From: Parcubacteria group bacterium
Lineage (GTDB): Bacteria > Patescibacteriota > Minisyncoccia > Moranbacterales > GCA-2747515
Direction: 5' to 3'
DNA length: 64,000 nucleotides
Assembly (NCBI GenBank): GCA_041660065.1
Contig: JBAZXC010000001.1
Coordinates: 392,535 to 456,534 of the forward strand
A program made the position numbers and the translations under genes. Positions 18,167-29,105 of this stretch are shown here, piece after piece. Under the pieces are notes generated by a model. It made no database searches, was not told the origin of the DNA, and saw only the letters and a list, made by a program, of their open reading frames with translations. How positions within the stretch are numbered: the first letter of the stretch is position 1; each line of letters begins with the position of its first letter.

Positions 18167-19029
18167 GGGGCTCTGGGAAGGCTTTTCTTGAAAACCAGTG
18201 ACTCACTGCTTTTGGGCACTGTACTCACTGGCACCGTTGATGTCGGCGATCCGCTGATGATAAAGAGAGAAATCGTATCATAACTCCCTCGATGATCAGT
18301 GAATGGCTCTTGTGTACCTGGCTCAAACACTTGTTTGTAACTTTCGCCAGGATATGTCAACTCTGGTAATTTTGCCAAAATAGTGGTTTCGTTACCATAA
18401 TTGTGCATACAACTACCATCCGGCCATGCGCGAGGATAAAAAACCCCTCCACTCACACGACCACGCTTAGCTTTGTACTGAATGCCCTTTGATTTTGTCG
18501 GGCGATACTGCACTTCGATAGCATCAGCGCCATTTGGTTGCAACGCCATGATCGCATCTGGTACACGTCCGCTGAACTCACCTTCATCACACGTCGCCAC
18601 AATTGCAGCGGATGCAGGATGTTTCACAGCAGGCGTCGGTGGTGGTGCAACGGAAACTGTTGTAGTAACCAGTGGCTGTAAAGCCTCACCCCATACACGC
18701 TTGAATTGACTGCCCTGTGTCGGACAAACATCAAGCAGGGTTAATCCTGATTGAGGATTTTTGAGATAATTCTGCAATTTGCGCAGAAGCTTATCACTGA
18801 TATCAATATTTTCCTTGCCACCAGGTCCGGTAATGATCACCGTTCGACCTGTTCCCGATACTCGCACAATTTCCGTGCCGATCGTGAACGATCGAGTAAG
18901 TTTTGCGGCAACATCACCGCGTTGCTTTTCTGCAACAATTGTGACTGTTCTCGCCGCATACGCCGATCTGGCCATGCCAACTAACAGCACACAAAACAAC
19001 ATTACAATACATACACGCCACGTTTTCAT
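18163..19029 (-). CDS. Secreted hypothetical protein
   Basis: Signal peptide ending SAYA, GGGGAGG SD, Pro/Thr linker. Confidence 0.75.
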   Translation of the reverse strand: MKTWRVCIVMLFCVLLVGMARSAYAARTVTIVAEKQRGDVAAKLTRSFTIGTEIVRVSGTGRTVIITGPGGKENIDISDKLLRKLQNYLKNPQSGLTLLDVCPTQGSQFKRVWGEALQPLVTTTVSVAPPPTPAVKHPASAAIVATCDEGEFSGRVPDAIMALQPNGADAIEVQYRPTKSKGIQYKAKRGRVSGGVFYPRAWPDGSCMHNYGNETTILAKLPELTYPGESYKQVFEPGTQEPFTDHRGSYDTISLFIISGSPTSTVPVSTVPKSSESLVFKKSLPRAP

Positions 19030-19217
19030 ACCCAACCTCCCCTATTTAAATTTGGTATTTTCCATACCTTTTTTTTCAAGAACAACCTTTGAAGTCAGAC
19101 CTCTTCCGACTCTGCATGTGGCGCAACTATTTTGCGCCACACAGCAGAATTGTGATCTTTTGAACACTTTTCTACGGATAGACAAGTGTATCACAGATCA
19201 CGGGTGCATGCAATCTC

Positions 19218-20036
19218 TTATGCGTTTCTGGCACGAAAATCACTGATCCGCTTGTGTAATTCATCCATTTCCGGATCAAATTCGATCGTAGCCTCACTGT
19301 TTTGAAAGTGTTCCAAAACAACATCCTTTTCTTCATCTTCCTCCTGAACATAAGGAATCGTAGCTATCGGTTCATATACCTCTTCCCGTACTTCATTCAC
19401 ATAATTATTTGTTTTTTTGCCGCCAAATCGTACTGCGGGGAAAAAGTACACGATCACCATCGCGATCATCAAGCCGCCGATTGCACCGGCAATCGTGTTT
19501 GGCGCGATGCGTGGCACTGTCGGTCGCAGGGGTGTGTTTGGTCCGTCGATCAGACGCACTTCCACACGCTCGCCACCACCGTGATACGCCTCACTGTTTG
19601 TCGTCAGAACATATGCGATCGCCTTGGCTGTTTCTTCTGCCGTTTTGCGCGACCCATCATATACACTAATCTTGAGGATGCCGGTATTATTCACTTTCTT
19701 TACATCAATGAATTTTTCCCATTCTTTTTGACGTTGTTCCGGATCGCGGGAAAATGTACGTCGCGCTTCAAACGGCGCGTCTTGCACGCTGTTGAAAAAC
19801 GATGTGGTATAGATCGCCTGTGCAAAGATATTGCTCAAAAATTCCGCAGATTTGGTCGCGCTGAACGCGTCAACCTTTTCATCGGCTTGTTTTTGGACAA
19901 CGATCATTTGTATATCGCTCTGGAATTTTGCCGGAAGCAAAGCGGATATGATAAATGCACCAAGTCCAAAGATAATCGTAAATACACAGATCATCTGCCA
20001 CCGCTCCAGTATATTTTTTATTGTTGTGTGATTCAT
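19218..20036 (-). CDS. Wzz/CpsC-type polysaccharide chain-length determinant
   Basis: N- and C-terminal TMs, TGILKISVY, Pro-rich motif before TM2. Confidence 0.8.
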   Translation of the reverse strand: MNHTTIKNILERWQMICVFTIIFGLGAFIISALLPAKFQSDIQMIVVQKQADEKVDAFSATKSAEFLSNIFAQAIYTTSFFNSVQDAPFEARRTFSRDPEQRQKEWEKFIDVKKVNNTGILKISVYDGSRKTAEETAKAIAYVLTTNSEAYHGGGERVEVRLIDGPNTPLRPTVPRIAPNTIAGAIGGLMIAMVIVYFFPAVRFGGKKTNNYVNEVREEVYEPIATIPYVQEEDEEKDVVLEHFQNSEATIEFDPEMDELHKRISDFRARNA

Positions 20037-20045
20037 ATGCGTTTA

Positions 20046-20996
20046 TTAATTACTTTTAATGGAAAAATCTTTACCGATATAACTGCCGAAACCTTTTTGC
20101 GATTCCCAGAGTGATGTACAGCTTTTTGCCACATACTTCTGGAACGTCAGACGGATCTTTGGCGATTTCTTGCGCATTTCGAGATATTTGGTCTTTGCGA
20201 CATAATCCTGAAATGCATAGAAAAATGCGATCATAAATCCATAGCGTCCATCCAGAAACCCCAATCGCAACACAAACATATACACAAATCTGATCAGTGG
20301 TGTAAACGGGATAAATGTCCATAGATCTTTGACCACTGCTTTTGCATAATACGGATTGGTCATAAACATCGCCAATGAGATCTTTGTCATACCGTTTTCA
20401 TACACGCGAATCATATAATTTGCCTGCCATGAAGAATATCGGTTGAATTTCTCAAAAAATTGATCCAATGATCGATCGCTGTAATGCAAGATATCTCCTG
20501 CGATATTTTTCATACGATCTTTTGCAAGAATGATATGTGCATGCACATTGCGATCCTCATAACGACATTCCTTGCGGAAAAGTCGAATGTTGTAAAGCGG
20601 ATATCGTCCGCCCCATCGCAAGAACTTCCCCAAGAAATAATGCTTGCGTGCAATACCAAAACCATCGAATTTTTCTATTTCTTCTGATGTAAGCATTGCT
20701 TGGATCGTTTTTTGCAATTGATCCGTAACAACCTCATCACTATCCAAAAGAAGGACCCACTCATGCGTTGCTTGCGGGATTGCCCAGTTCTTTTGTTTTG
20801 CGCTGTAAACATATTCATGTTGCAAAACACGCGCGCCAAGATCCTTCGCAATTTCCACAGTACGATCTGTCGAGAAAGAATCCACAACCAAAACCTCATC
20901 CGCCCATGTTACAGAGCGAATTGCCTGTGCGATCAAATCCTCCACGTTAAATGTAGGAATGATCACAGTGATCTTTTTTTGCAGTTTTTGCGCCAT
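20046..20996 (-). CDS. Glycosyltransferase family 2 (beta-1,4-glucosyltransferase-like)
   Basis: IIPTFNVE, VDSFSTDRT, LDSDE, GFLDGRYG. Confidence 0.92.
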   Translation of the reverse strand: MAQKLQKKITVIIPTFNVEDLIAQAIRSVTWADEVLVVDSFSTDRTVEIAKDLGARVLQHEYVYSAKQKNWAIPQATHEWVLLLDSDEVVTDQLQKTIQAMLTSEEIEKFDGFGIARKHYFLGKFLRWGGRYPLYNIRLFRKECRYEDRNVHAHIILAKDRMKNIAGDILHYSDRSLDQFFEKFNRYSSWQANYMIRVYENGMTKISLAMFMTNPYYAKAVVKDLWTFIPFTPLIRFVYMFVLRLGFLDGRYGFMIAFFYAFQDYVAKTKYLEMRKKSPKIRLTFQKYVAKSCTSLWESQKGFGSYIGKDFSIKSN

Positions 20997-21204
20997 AAAA
21001 TATGTTATTATTGCTCATTTATTGGTCAATATGCCTCTTCTCCGCACACTTTCGAGATAACAAACTATATTAGCAGAAAAACGCTTATTTGTCAAGTGCT
21101 GGTTTTTGGCTAGATTTTGCCATTTTTTGTCGTCCTGACGACCATTGTCATTATCGCAAGAAAACCATTATAGCATAATCCACATATTGACAAGATGTAA
21201 CAAG

Positions 21205-21242
21205 ACGAAAGAGGCAAGTTGCAAACCTGCTCCTGCAAAATC
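21205..21242. repeat. 38-bp direct repeat, copy 2
   Basis: ACGAAAGAGGCAAGTTGCAAACCTGCTCCTGCAAAATC. Confidence 0.8.
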
Positions 21243-21340
21243 GCAATGACGATGAAGAAACTACTATCTGCATTTATCCCTTGTTGGTGTTTTGACATAG
21301 TGTGCTATAATAAAGATGTTTAATATGTAAAAATACAACA

Positions 21341-21583
21341 ATGGCACAAAAAGTAGCAAAGAAGAAAGTGGACCCACGAGCTCTCGCCAAAAAAGAAGCA
21401 CAAAAACTTCAAATGATGGCAGAAAAGGAAATGAAGAAAGTCAAAAAAGAACTCGTTGCCGCAGAAAAAAAAGTTGCTGATTTTATCAAAAAAAATCCTG
21501 CAAAAGCTGCAGCAATTTCTGCTGGCGCTGGTGCAGTGATCGGCGCAAGTATTGCCGCTCTTCTCACAGGACGCAAAAAATAG
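21341..21583 (+). CDS. YqjD/ElaB (DUF883)-like small tail-anchored protein
   Basis: Lys-rich helix then IKKNP..AAAISAGAGAVIG. Confidence 0.65.
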   Translation: MAQKVAKKKVDPRALAKKEAQKLQMMAEKEMKKVKKELVAAEKKVADFIKKNPAKAAAISAGAGAVIGASIAALLTGRKK

Positions 21584-21600
21584 ATTATTCTATTGATCAA

Positions 21601-21626
21601 AAAATCGCCCCAATGGGGCGATTTTT
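21601..21626. terminator. Bidirectional terminator
   Basis: AAAATCGCCCC-AAT-GGGGCGATTTT. Confidence 0.8.
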
Positions 21627-21629
21627 ATT

Positions 21630-22889
21630 TTATGAAGAAATCGCTTGCATGGGTGAGATTTCCGCTGCCCGTCGCGCAGGATACACACCAAAAACCACAC
21701 CAGCCGTCACCGAAAAGATCATTGCGACAAGAATAGCGCGCGTTGGGATAAAAAAGTGAATGTCATCAAACCCCGCATAACGAATCGCACTAAATGCCAG
21801 AGAAAGCAGGATTGTCGTGATCACGATCCCGATCACCGATCCGGCACATGCGATCACGATCGACTCAATGACAAACTGTTTGACCACATCTTTCTTGCGC
21901 GCACCCAATGCTTTGCGCAAGCCAATTTCCATTCGCCGTTCCTCGATCGACACAAGCATGATGTTCATGATCCCGATTCCGCCCACCACAAGAGAAATGG
22001 ATGCGAGTGCCAAAAGTAAGATGTTTACACCACCCAAAATCGTATCAAACATATCCTGCGCCTCAATGATCGTCATGGCAGAGAAATCATCCTCGCTTGG
22101 TTTATCGATCTCATGGCGCGAACGCAAGATTATGCGCATATCCTCCGCCGTTTGATCGATCTTTGTCACATCCCGTACTTTGAATGTCACGTACCCCAAA
22201 TAATCCACACCAAGAATCTTTTTTTGTAACGTTGTATGTGGCATATAGATCATATCATCAAAAGAAAACCCAAATGATGCCCCACGCTCCTTCAAGATGC
22301 CCACCACTTTATATCGATTGTCATTGAGTGTCACTCGCGTCCCAATCACATCATCTCCTACTGCCGTACCAAAAAGCGCCTCCGCAACAGTAGAACCCAA
22401 CACGATCACATTTTCCGATGTGCGATGTTCCTCTTCACTAAAAAACCGTCCATATGCAATTTCAACTCCAGGATCAACAAGTGGCGCATCAGCACTTGAG
22501 CCGAGCAATGTCACATACCTTTTGACATCCTTATATCGTGCGCGAGCTTGACCGAGTAGACCCGTATTGTATGCCATAACATTTGGCAATAATGCCAAAG
22601 CTTTTGCATCATCTTCGGTAAGTGTGGTGATCTGCGCTCCCATCGCCATACTTGACGCGTTTTCTGTCGAAACGTGGCTTGTCTCCGGCAAAGATGGCTC
22701 TACTTGGATCACATCAGTCCCGAAAGCCTCAATTTCATTGCTAACATAGGATTGAAAGGATTCTCCCATAGTTACAACGCTCATGATCGCCATCACACTG
22801 ACAATGATCCCCAAGAGTGTCAAAATCGTACGCGCCGTATGCGAAAAAAGACTTTTGATCGAAATGATAATGAGTGCAAAAATATTCAT
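21630..22889 (-). CDS. MacB/FtsX-family ABC permease
   Basis: [26 protein letters not shown]. Confidence 0.93.
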   Translation of the reverse strand: MNIFALIIISIKSLFSHTARTILTLLGIIVSVMAIMSVVTMGESFQSYVSNEIEAFGTDVIQVEPSLPETSHVSTENASSMAMGAQITTLTEDDAKALALLPNVMAYNTGLLGQARARYKDVKRYVTLLGSSADAPLVDPGVEIAYGRFFSEEEHRTSENVIVLGSTVAEALFGTAVGDDVIGTRVTLNDNRYKVVGILKERGASFGFSFDDMIYMPHTTLQKKILGVDYLGYVTFKVRDVTKIDQTAEDMRIILRSRHEIDKPSEDDFSAMTIIEAQDMFDTILGGVNILLLALASISLVVGGIGIMNIMLVSIEERRMEIGLRKALGARKKDVVKQFVIESIVIACAGSVIGIVITTILLSLAFSAIRYAGFDDIHFFIPTRAILVAMIFSVTAGVVFGVYPARRAAEISPMQAISS

Positions 22890-22893
22890 ACAA

Positions 22894-24141
22894 TTATTCG
22901 TAACGTAATGCTTCCATCGGCGAAATTTTTGATGCCTTCCATGCCGGGTAAATACCAAAGAAAAACCCCAAAATTGTCGACGTGACCAGCGCCATCACCA
23001 CCATGTCCCATGAGAGGAAAACCGTCCATGTATAACCTTGCGCACGTGCAATATATCCCACGAGATACACAACGCCCACACCGCACAAAAATCCCATGAT
23101 CCCGCCAACACTGGCAATTGTCATGGATTCAAAAAGGAACTGCATGACAATATCTCTTTTGCGCGCACCGACAGCCTTGCGCAAACCGATCTCGCGAATA
23201 CGTTGTGACAACGCGATAAACATGATATTCATCACGCCAATCCCTCCGACAACAAGTGACACAGCAGCAACAGCGGCGAGAAAATATTTCATGATATTTG
23301 TGACATTGTTGATGGTCGACAATGCACTCGCCATATTGCGTATGGAAAAATCCCCATCCTCATCATCAGGAATATCATGTCGTGAACGCAACAACGTATC
23401 AACATCTTGCTCAGTCTGCGCCATGTATTCTTCACTATCCACACGCAAACGAATAAAATTCAAGTGATTGATACCGAGAAGATTTTTTTGCGCTACATGA
23501 AGTGGCACGTAGATCATCTCATCAAAATTAGAAATGAGTGATGACCCTTTTGGCTCCAGCACACCGATCACACGAAATGACTGATCATCGATCTTGATCT
23601 TTTTACCCAATGGATCCGCATTATCAAAGATGTCTTTCGCAATTGTCGGCCCTAAAACAGCCACCGGTGCATTTTTTTCGTCCTCCACGACAGAAAAAAA
23701 CCTCCCGACAGCAATCGTATTGTTTTCCACATTGATCATATCTGCAGATACCCCTTGAAATGTCTGTGATTTTGAATAATTTTTACTTTTGACAACAGCA
23801 TTACCTGTCACATAACCGGAAATCGCAACAGCGTGTGGCACATTACTCTGCTCTTTCATCGCATCAAGATCATCATTGGTCAGTGTCGTGATCACAATGC
23901 CAAAAGCACTCGCAGGTGGCCCATCTTTTTCTGCGGCACCCGGCAAGATGCCGATCAAATTTGATCCCACGGCACGGATCTGCGCCAAGATCAAGTCTTG
24001 CGCACTGGCACCAATGCTCATCACAACAAGAATTGCACCGATTCCGATCACAATACCAAGAACCGTCAATGATGTGCGCAATTTCGCTGCAGAAAAATTC
24101 TGCCATGTGATACGAAGGGATAGGAGAAATTGACGGATCAT
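22894..24141 (-). CDS. MacB/FtsX-family ABC permease
   Basis: [10 protein letters not shown]...[10 protein letters not shown]; ends PMEALRYE. Confidence 0.94.
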   Translation of the reverse strand: MIRQFLLSLRITWQNFSAAKLRTSLTVLGIVIGIGAILVVMSIGASAQDLILAQIRAVGSNLIGILPGAAEKDGPPASAFGIVITTLTNDDLDAMKEQSNVPHAVAISGYVTGNAVVKSKNYSKSQTFQGVSADMINVENNTIAVGRFFSVVEDEKNAPVAVLGPTIAKDIFDNADPLGKKIKIDDQSFRVIGVLEPKGSSLISNFDEMIYVPLHVAQKNLLGINHLNFIRLRVDSEEYMAQTEQDVDTLLRSRHDIPDDEDGDFSIRNMASALSTINNVTNIMKYFLAAVAAVSLVVGGIGVMNIMFIALSQRIREIGLRKAVGARKRDIVMQFLFESMTIASVGGIMGFLCGVGVVYLVGYIARAQGYTWTVFLSWDMVVMALVTSTILGFFFGIYPAWKASKISPMEALRYE

Positions 24142-24159
24142 AAGAAAAAAATTGTATCA

Positions 24160-24933
24160 TTATTTTACAAGAGTTCCGTTCTGGGCAAAACGACGGTTTT
24201 CCACTTTTTCATCAGCGACAATCTGTCCATCACTGATACGCAAAATCCTTTCTGCATGTTCTGCTGTTTCGTGTTCATGCGTGACCAAAATGATCGTATG
24301 TCCATGCTTGTGCAACCCCTGCAAAATGCGCAGAACCTGTGTACCCGACTTGGAATCCAAATTACCCGTCGGTTCATCGGCAAAAATCACATCCGGATCA
24401 TTGACCAGCGCCCGCGCGATCGCAACACGTTGTTTTTCTCCGCCAGACAACTGGTGCGGCATATGATCAATCCGATGCAACATATCCACATCCTCCAGCG
24501 CTTTTCTCACACGCTCTTTTTTGTGTGTTGACCCCCACAAACGTCCGAGAAATGTTTTTTTATCCTCTGTATCCTCACTATAAAAATCGTATAGAAGTGG
24601 TAGCTCTACGTTCTCTGACACGCTCACCCGAGACAACAGATTAAATGACTGAAAAACAAAACCGATTTCCTGATTGCGGATCCGCGCGAGCTCCTCATCA
24701 TCGAATTCCAAAGCATTTTTTCCGCGAAATGAATATGACCCACCAGTCGGCCGTTCCAATAAGCTTAGCACATGCATAAATGTTGATTTGCCGGATCCGC
24801 TCGGTCCCATGATCGACACAAACTCTCCTCGTCGAATATCACACGACGCATCACATAATGCCTGTGTTTTTGTTTCACCCATATCATACACCTTTGTAAG
24901 ATGCCGGCATGAGATGATCACTTCCTGCACCAT
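24160..24933 (-). CDS. ABC transporter ATP-binding protein (MacB/LolD-type)
   Basis: [27 protein letters not shown]. Confidence 0.95.
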   Translation of the reverse strand: MVQEVIISCRHLTKVYDMGETKTQALCDASCDIRRGEFVSIMGPSGSGKSTFMHVLSLLERPTGGSYSFRGKNALEFDDEELARIRNQEIGFVFQSFNLLSRVSVSENVELPLLYDFYSEDTEDKKTFLGRLWGSTHKKERVRKALEDVDMLHRIDHMPHQLSGGEKQRVAIARALVNDPDVIFADEPTGNLDSKSGTQVLRILQGLHKHGHTIILVTHEHETAEHAERILRISDGQIVADEKVENRRFAQNGTLVK

Positions 24934-24937
24934 AGAA

Positions 24938-25933
24938 TTATTTGGTTTCATCATATATTGCAAAAATTTCCTGTCCTTCACTCAACCCGCTTACGATCTC
25001 CACATTGCCATTATCTCCTTCCAATCCGCGCGAAATGTATTGCTTTTTATATGTGTCCTTGCCGTCAGCAACATAAACAAAATCACCCGCATCATCCGCG
25101 CGAACAAATCGAACCGGAATTGCCAAGACAGATTCCTTTTGTGCTACGATAATATCCACATCAACACTCATGCCCGGACGCATCCGCTCTTCCATATGAT
25201 CCATTGTGAGGAGAGTGCGATAATATGTCACGTCTTGGATCTTTACAGCCTCAGGGTCAATCTGTGTGATCTGCGCGCGAAAAGTCTCATCATCAAAAGC
25301 ATCAAATGTGATCTGCGCTTCTTGTCCTACATGCATCTTTGGGATATCGGACTCAGACATAAACGCCTCAATGTGCATTGCCGTCGGATCGATCACACGC
25401 ATCACCGTACCACTTGCCACCTCTCCCACACGTCCATCTTGTTGTGTGACAACACCATCGATCGGCGACACGAGTTCTTTTTTCATCCACTGCGATTGAG
25501 TTGCTGATAATTGCGCACGTGCTTGCTCCACATCTTTTAGGATATTATATCGTTCTTCCGGTTTATAGTCCTCCCATTTTCGCCGCGCAAGTTCCTCCGT
25601 AGAAATCGCTTTTTCCACAGTTACCCTCGCACTGTGAATTTGTGCTGCCAATTGATCACTGTCGATACGGATCATCGTTTGACCTTTTTTGACCTCATCA
25701 CCTACATCCGCACCGATCCATTCGATCACACTCGGCACCTCAAAAGAAAGATTGGCATACGATATCGGCTGAACTTCTCCACTGTCGCTCACCGTTTCCA
25801 CAACGGTGTCCTTACCGACAATTATGGATTCATGTTGTTGATCACTTGATTTACCGCCAAACCGTTGCCACAAAAAAAAGATGACAAAAATGGCAATAAG
25901 TCCGTATATGATTTTTTTGATATGTTTTTTCAT
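24938..25933 (-). CDS. MacA/HlyD-type membrane fusion adaptor
   Basis: VGDEVKKGQ, SPIDGVV, RPGMSV. Confidence 0.9.
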   Translation of the reverse strand: MKKHIKKIIYGLIAIFVIFFLWQRFGGKSSDQQHESIIVGKDTVVETVSDSGEVQPISYANLSFEVPSVIEWIGADVGDEVKKGQTMIRIDSDQLAAQIHSARVTVEKAISTEELARRKWEDYKPEERYNILKDVEQARAQLSATQSQWMKKELVSPIDGVVTQQDGRVGEVASGTVMRVIDPTAMHIEAFMSESDIPKMHVGQEAQITFDAFDDETFRAQITQIDPEAVKIQDVTYYRTLLTMDHMEERMRPGMSVDVDIIVAQKESVLAIPVRFVRADDAGDFVYVADGKDTYKKQYISRGLEGDNGNVEIVSGLSEGQEIFAIYDETK

Positions 25934-26026
25934 AGAAGCGTTATATTTCCGTATTCACATTATTTAACTGATTTAACATAAATGTCATTTTTTCTTTTAT
26001 ATAACAATTATTTAAAAGAAAACTTC

Positions 26027-26088
26027 TGTCATCCTGAACTTGTTTCAGGATCTCACATCTTAGATGCTGAAACAAGTTCAGCATGACA
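26027..26088. repeat. Inverted dimer of a GTCAT-tagged REP-like repeat
   Basis: Same unit as 14616-14687, with a compensatory variant GATGCTGA...TCAGCATG. Confidence 0.9.
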
Positions 26089-26154
26089 TGAATCTTAAAT
26101 GAACTCTATTAGTATTCATTCTATCACATTCTTGCTGCCATCGCCATCAATTTT

Positions 26155-27288
26155 TTATTTGATCACCGCCGCAACCGCTTGTGCCACGCGCGCATCAAAA
26201 GGATCCGGGATTACCATATCAACAAAAGGCTTCTCCACACACGCAGCGATGGCATATGCCGCGTTGATAAACATGTCTTCTGTAAATTGCGCAATGTGAT
26301 GATCCAATGCTCCACGAAAAATACCTGGAAACGCTAGCACATTGTTTACCTGATTTGGGAAATCACTCCGCCCAGTCGCAACAATAAGAGCGCCTGCTTT
26401 TTTGGCGATATCTGGCATGATCTCCGGCTCAGGATTAGCAAGCGCAAAAATGATCGGGTCTTTTGCCATCAGTGCGATATGCTCTGCCGTAAGCAAATGA
26501 CCAACTGATACACCAATGAACATATCTGCTCCAACAAGAGCGTCCTCCATCATGCCGGAAACCTTGCGCGGATTTGTTTTTCCCGCCATCATTCTCTTGA
26601 CATCGTTGAGATTTTCACGATCTGCCGTTACAATTCCTTTGCTATCTGACAAAATAATATCCGTAACACCCCACTGTAATAAAATATTTGTGATCGCAAT
26701 ACCAGCGGCACCTACGCCGTTGATCACTACTTTAAGTTCTTCTTTTTTACCGCCACGAATTTTGACTGCGTTGATGATCCCTGCGAGAACGACAACTGCC
26801 GTACCATGCTGGTCGTCATGCATCACGGGTATATCTAATTCTTTGCGCAGACGTTCCTCGATCTCAAAACATCGTGGCGAACTGAAGTCTTCCAAATTGA
26901 TTCCACCAAAAACCGGCGCGATCCGTTTGATTGTCTCAATGATTTCTTCTGTATCTTGCGTGGTGAGACAAATTGGAAAAGCATCCACATTGGCAAAACG
27001 TTTGAATAACGCCGCCTTGCCCTCCATCACAGGAATTGCCGCATACGCACCGAGATTGCCCAAACCCAAAATCGCACTCCCATCCGATATGACAGCAACG
27101 GTATTTCCCTTGATCGTTAATTCTCTCGCCATTGTCGCATCTTCACTGATCGCACGCGATACACCGGCAACCCCGGGCGAATATGCCAATGAAAGATCAT
27201 TTTTTGTGTTGAGATCGACTTTCAGACTGAGAGAAATCTTGCCGTGCGCCTTTTTGTGCAGTGCGATCGATTCCTGGTAGATGTCCAT
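26155..27288 (-). CDS. NAD(P)-dependent malic enzyme
   Basis: YSPGVA, PVMEGK, HDDQHGTA, GVGAAG, TGRSDFPNQ. Confidence 0.95.
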   Translation of the reverse strand: MDIYQESIALHKKAHGKISLSLKVDLNTKNDLSLAYSPGVAGVSRAISEDATMARELTIKGNTVAVISDGSAILGLGNLGAYAAIPVMEGKAALFKRFANVDAFPICLTTQDTEEIIETIKRIAPVFGGINLEDFSSPRCFEIEERLRKELDIPVMHDDQHGTAVVVLAGIINAVKIRGGKKEELKVVINGVGAAGIAITNILLQWGVTDIILSDSKGIVTADRENLNDVKRMMAGKTNPRKVSGMMEDALVGADMFIGVSVGHLLTAEHIALMAKDPIIFALANPEPEIMPDIAKKAGALIVATGRSDFPNQVNNVLAFPGIFRGALDHHIAQFTEDMFINAAYAIAACVEKPFVDMVIPDPFDARVAQAVAAVIK

Positions 27289-27338
27289 ATTTTTTGTAAA
27301 TTTTTATTTATTAGGACTTATGCATTTACATTTAGAAA

Positions 27339-27417
27339 CGTCATTCCGGACTTGATCCGGAATCTAAGATTATACGAACTGATATTTTTTAGATCCTGAC
27401 TCAAACTCAGGGTAACA
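27339..27417. repeat. REP-like dimer (variant)
   Basis: CGTCATTCCGGACTTGATCCGGAATCT plus a degenerate inverted partner. Confidence 0.75.
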
Positions 27418-27435
27418 GGTGCATAAGTCATATAT

Positions 27436-27984
27436 TTATTGAATGTGTGAAATAATGTCTTGTAATGTCGTACTATTTGTCCATCGTGCGATTTCATTAC
27501 CCGCCTGATCAACCTGCACGAATGTGTGTTGTTTGTCCACATGATACTTCTCTCGCAATTGTACATTTGTATCATAATCCACCGCATAGATTGCAACAGC
27601 TGTCGGGATTGTTTTTTGCTCCGCAGTCACGTCATTCTCCGCAGTGACACAACTAGGACACCATGGTGCTGTAAAAAAGAGAATGTTCTTTTCATGTTTT
27701 GCGATGGAGCTCTCATCAAATTTTTGATAGACTCCTGGCACATCGTTTTCCACCGTAAGCATTTTTTCACCTGTTTCTTTGAGTTTTTCTCCCACTGCCG
27801 TACGACCCTCTTCTGCCACTCTATCGATCACCTTTCCCCCGTTTTCTTTGAGCGCTTCCTGGGCTTTATTTTGTACATCTTCTGTGATGTTTTGATCATT
27901 GAAGGAAAACATCGTCGCAGACAACCCGATCACGATCACAATGAGCAGAAGAAGGAGTATTTTGATCCCGCCTTTGTGCGTCAT
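27436..27984 (-). CDS. Membrane-anchored thioredoxin-family protein
   Basis: N-terminal TM, FTAPWCPSC. Confidence 0.85.
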   Translation of the reverse strand: MTHKGGIKILLLLLIVIVIGLSATMFSFNDQNITEDVQNKAQEALKENGGKVIDRVAEEGRTAVGEKLKETGEKMLTVENDVPGVYQKFDESSIAKHEKNILFFTAPWCPSCVTAENDVTAEQKTIPTAVAIYAVDYDTNVQLREKYHVDKQHTFVQVDQAGNEIARWTNSTTLQDIISHIQ

Positions 27985-28038
27985 AATTATATATTATTAC
28001 TTATCCTCTCTTATCATACTCGCTCAACACCCATTTGG

Positions 28039-28070
28039 CAAAACCAAAAGTCGAGGACTGTCCTCGACTT
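28039..28070. repeat. Palindromic direct repeat, copy 1
   Basis: CAAAACCAAAAGTCGAGGACTGTCCTCGACTT; 1 mismatch to 29106-29137. Confidence 0.85.
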
Positions 28071-28144
28071 GCATAAATAAAAAAAGACGGAAATGGTTCT
28101 TCCGTCTTTTGTACACTTTTCAGTGAATTTAAACCACATGCACT

Positions 28145-29002
28145 TCATTTTCTCTGTAGTATTTTCCTCCCTATTGCCTCTATACCTAAGCCAATAAGAA
28201 AGCAACAGGTGGAGATCATGATAATGAAAATAACATAATTATTTATTGCCGCATTTTCCCATCCTATACGAGCGGCAAAAACACTTGAGTAGCCACTCAT
28301 GATCAGTCCACAATACGCACCAATAACCGCCCCAATCCAACCAAGAACAGAAGCGCCGACTACGATTCCAAAAAGAAGACTGACGATCATAGCCAGCAAA
28401 CAACCGTTAGTGGCATAATGTACCCCAAGATATGCCCCGCCTAAAACAACAAGTGGCATGCCTACATAAAAAATCAACAAACGCTTAGTGTGTCGCGTAA
28501 AGACCATTATAAACAAAAGGATAACGACCACATCTCGAAAAATTACTTCTGACAGAATTGCATCCCCGATCATGGCAGGTGAAGATTCTTTGGTTACAGA
28601 AATTTTTTTCTCCTCATTCAAGACAAACTTCCATTTTTCAAATGATGTCTCAACCTTAAGAGGATGATGCCAAAAATACACTTTTTTTACATTTTCATCT
28701 GTCCAACCATAATAACCATGCGTTGGCAGAAACTCTGAAATTTCCCCCTTGACCAATCGACTTAATTCCATCTCATAATGACTGGCTTTGATCTTTTCCA
28801 CATCGACCGATGCATCAAAGATATCTTTATACGTCTCCAGGATCTTTGGCTTTGCCGGCAATGCATAAACCACCAAATCATTGCCATCGATCTCCACTTG
28901 CGGATAAAGATATTCGTCCGGAACGGCATCAGCAATGGAAATCGCGATATTGCACATACTTACGATAACTACCAAGACCATCAATGCGATTATTCTTTTC
29001 AT
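28145..29002 (-). CDS. Hypothetical membrane protein with N-terminal exported domain
   Basis: Signal peptide, several C-terminal TMs, GGAGG SD, own promoter TTGACA (29095-29090), 17 bp, TATATT. Confidence 0.75.
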   Translation of the reverse strand: MKRIIALMVLVVIVSMCNIAISIADAVPDEYLYPQVEIDGNDLVVYALPAKPKILETYKDIFDASVDVEKIKASHYEMELSRLVKGEISEFLPTHGYYGWTDENVKKVYFWHHPLKVETSFEKWKFVLNEEKKISVTKESSPAMIGDAILSEVIFRDVVVILLFIMVFTRHTKRLLIFYVGMPLVVLGGAYLGVHYATNGCLLAMIVSLLFGIVVGASVLGWIGAVIGAYCGLIMSGYSSVFAARIGWENAAINNYVIFIIMISTCCFLIGLGIEAIGRKILQRK

Positions 29003-29105
29003 CTTTCCTTCCTCCAGTTTTTTATGTAGGATTTTCATCACTGTAGTTGACAAGGTACTTCGACGGAATATAGCACAAATTTTAATTTTTGTCAAGCCAC
29101 TTTTT

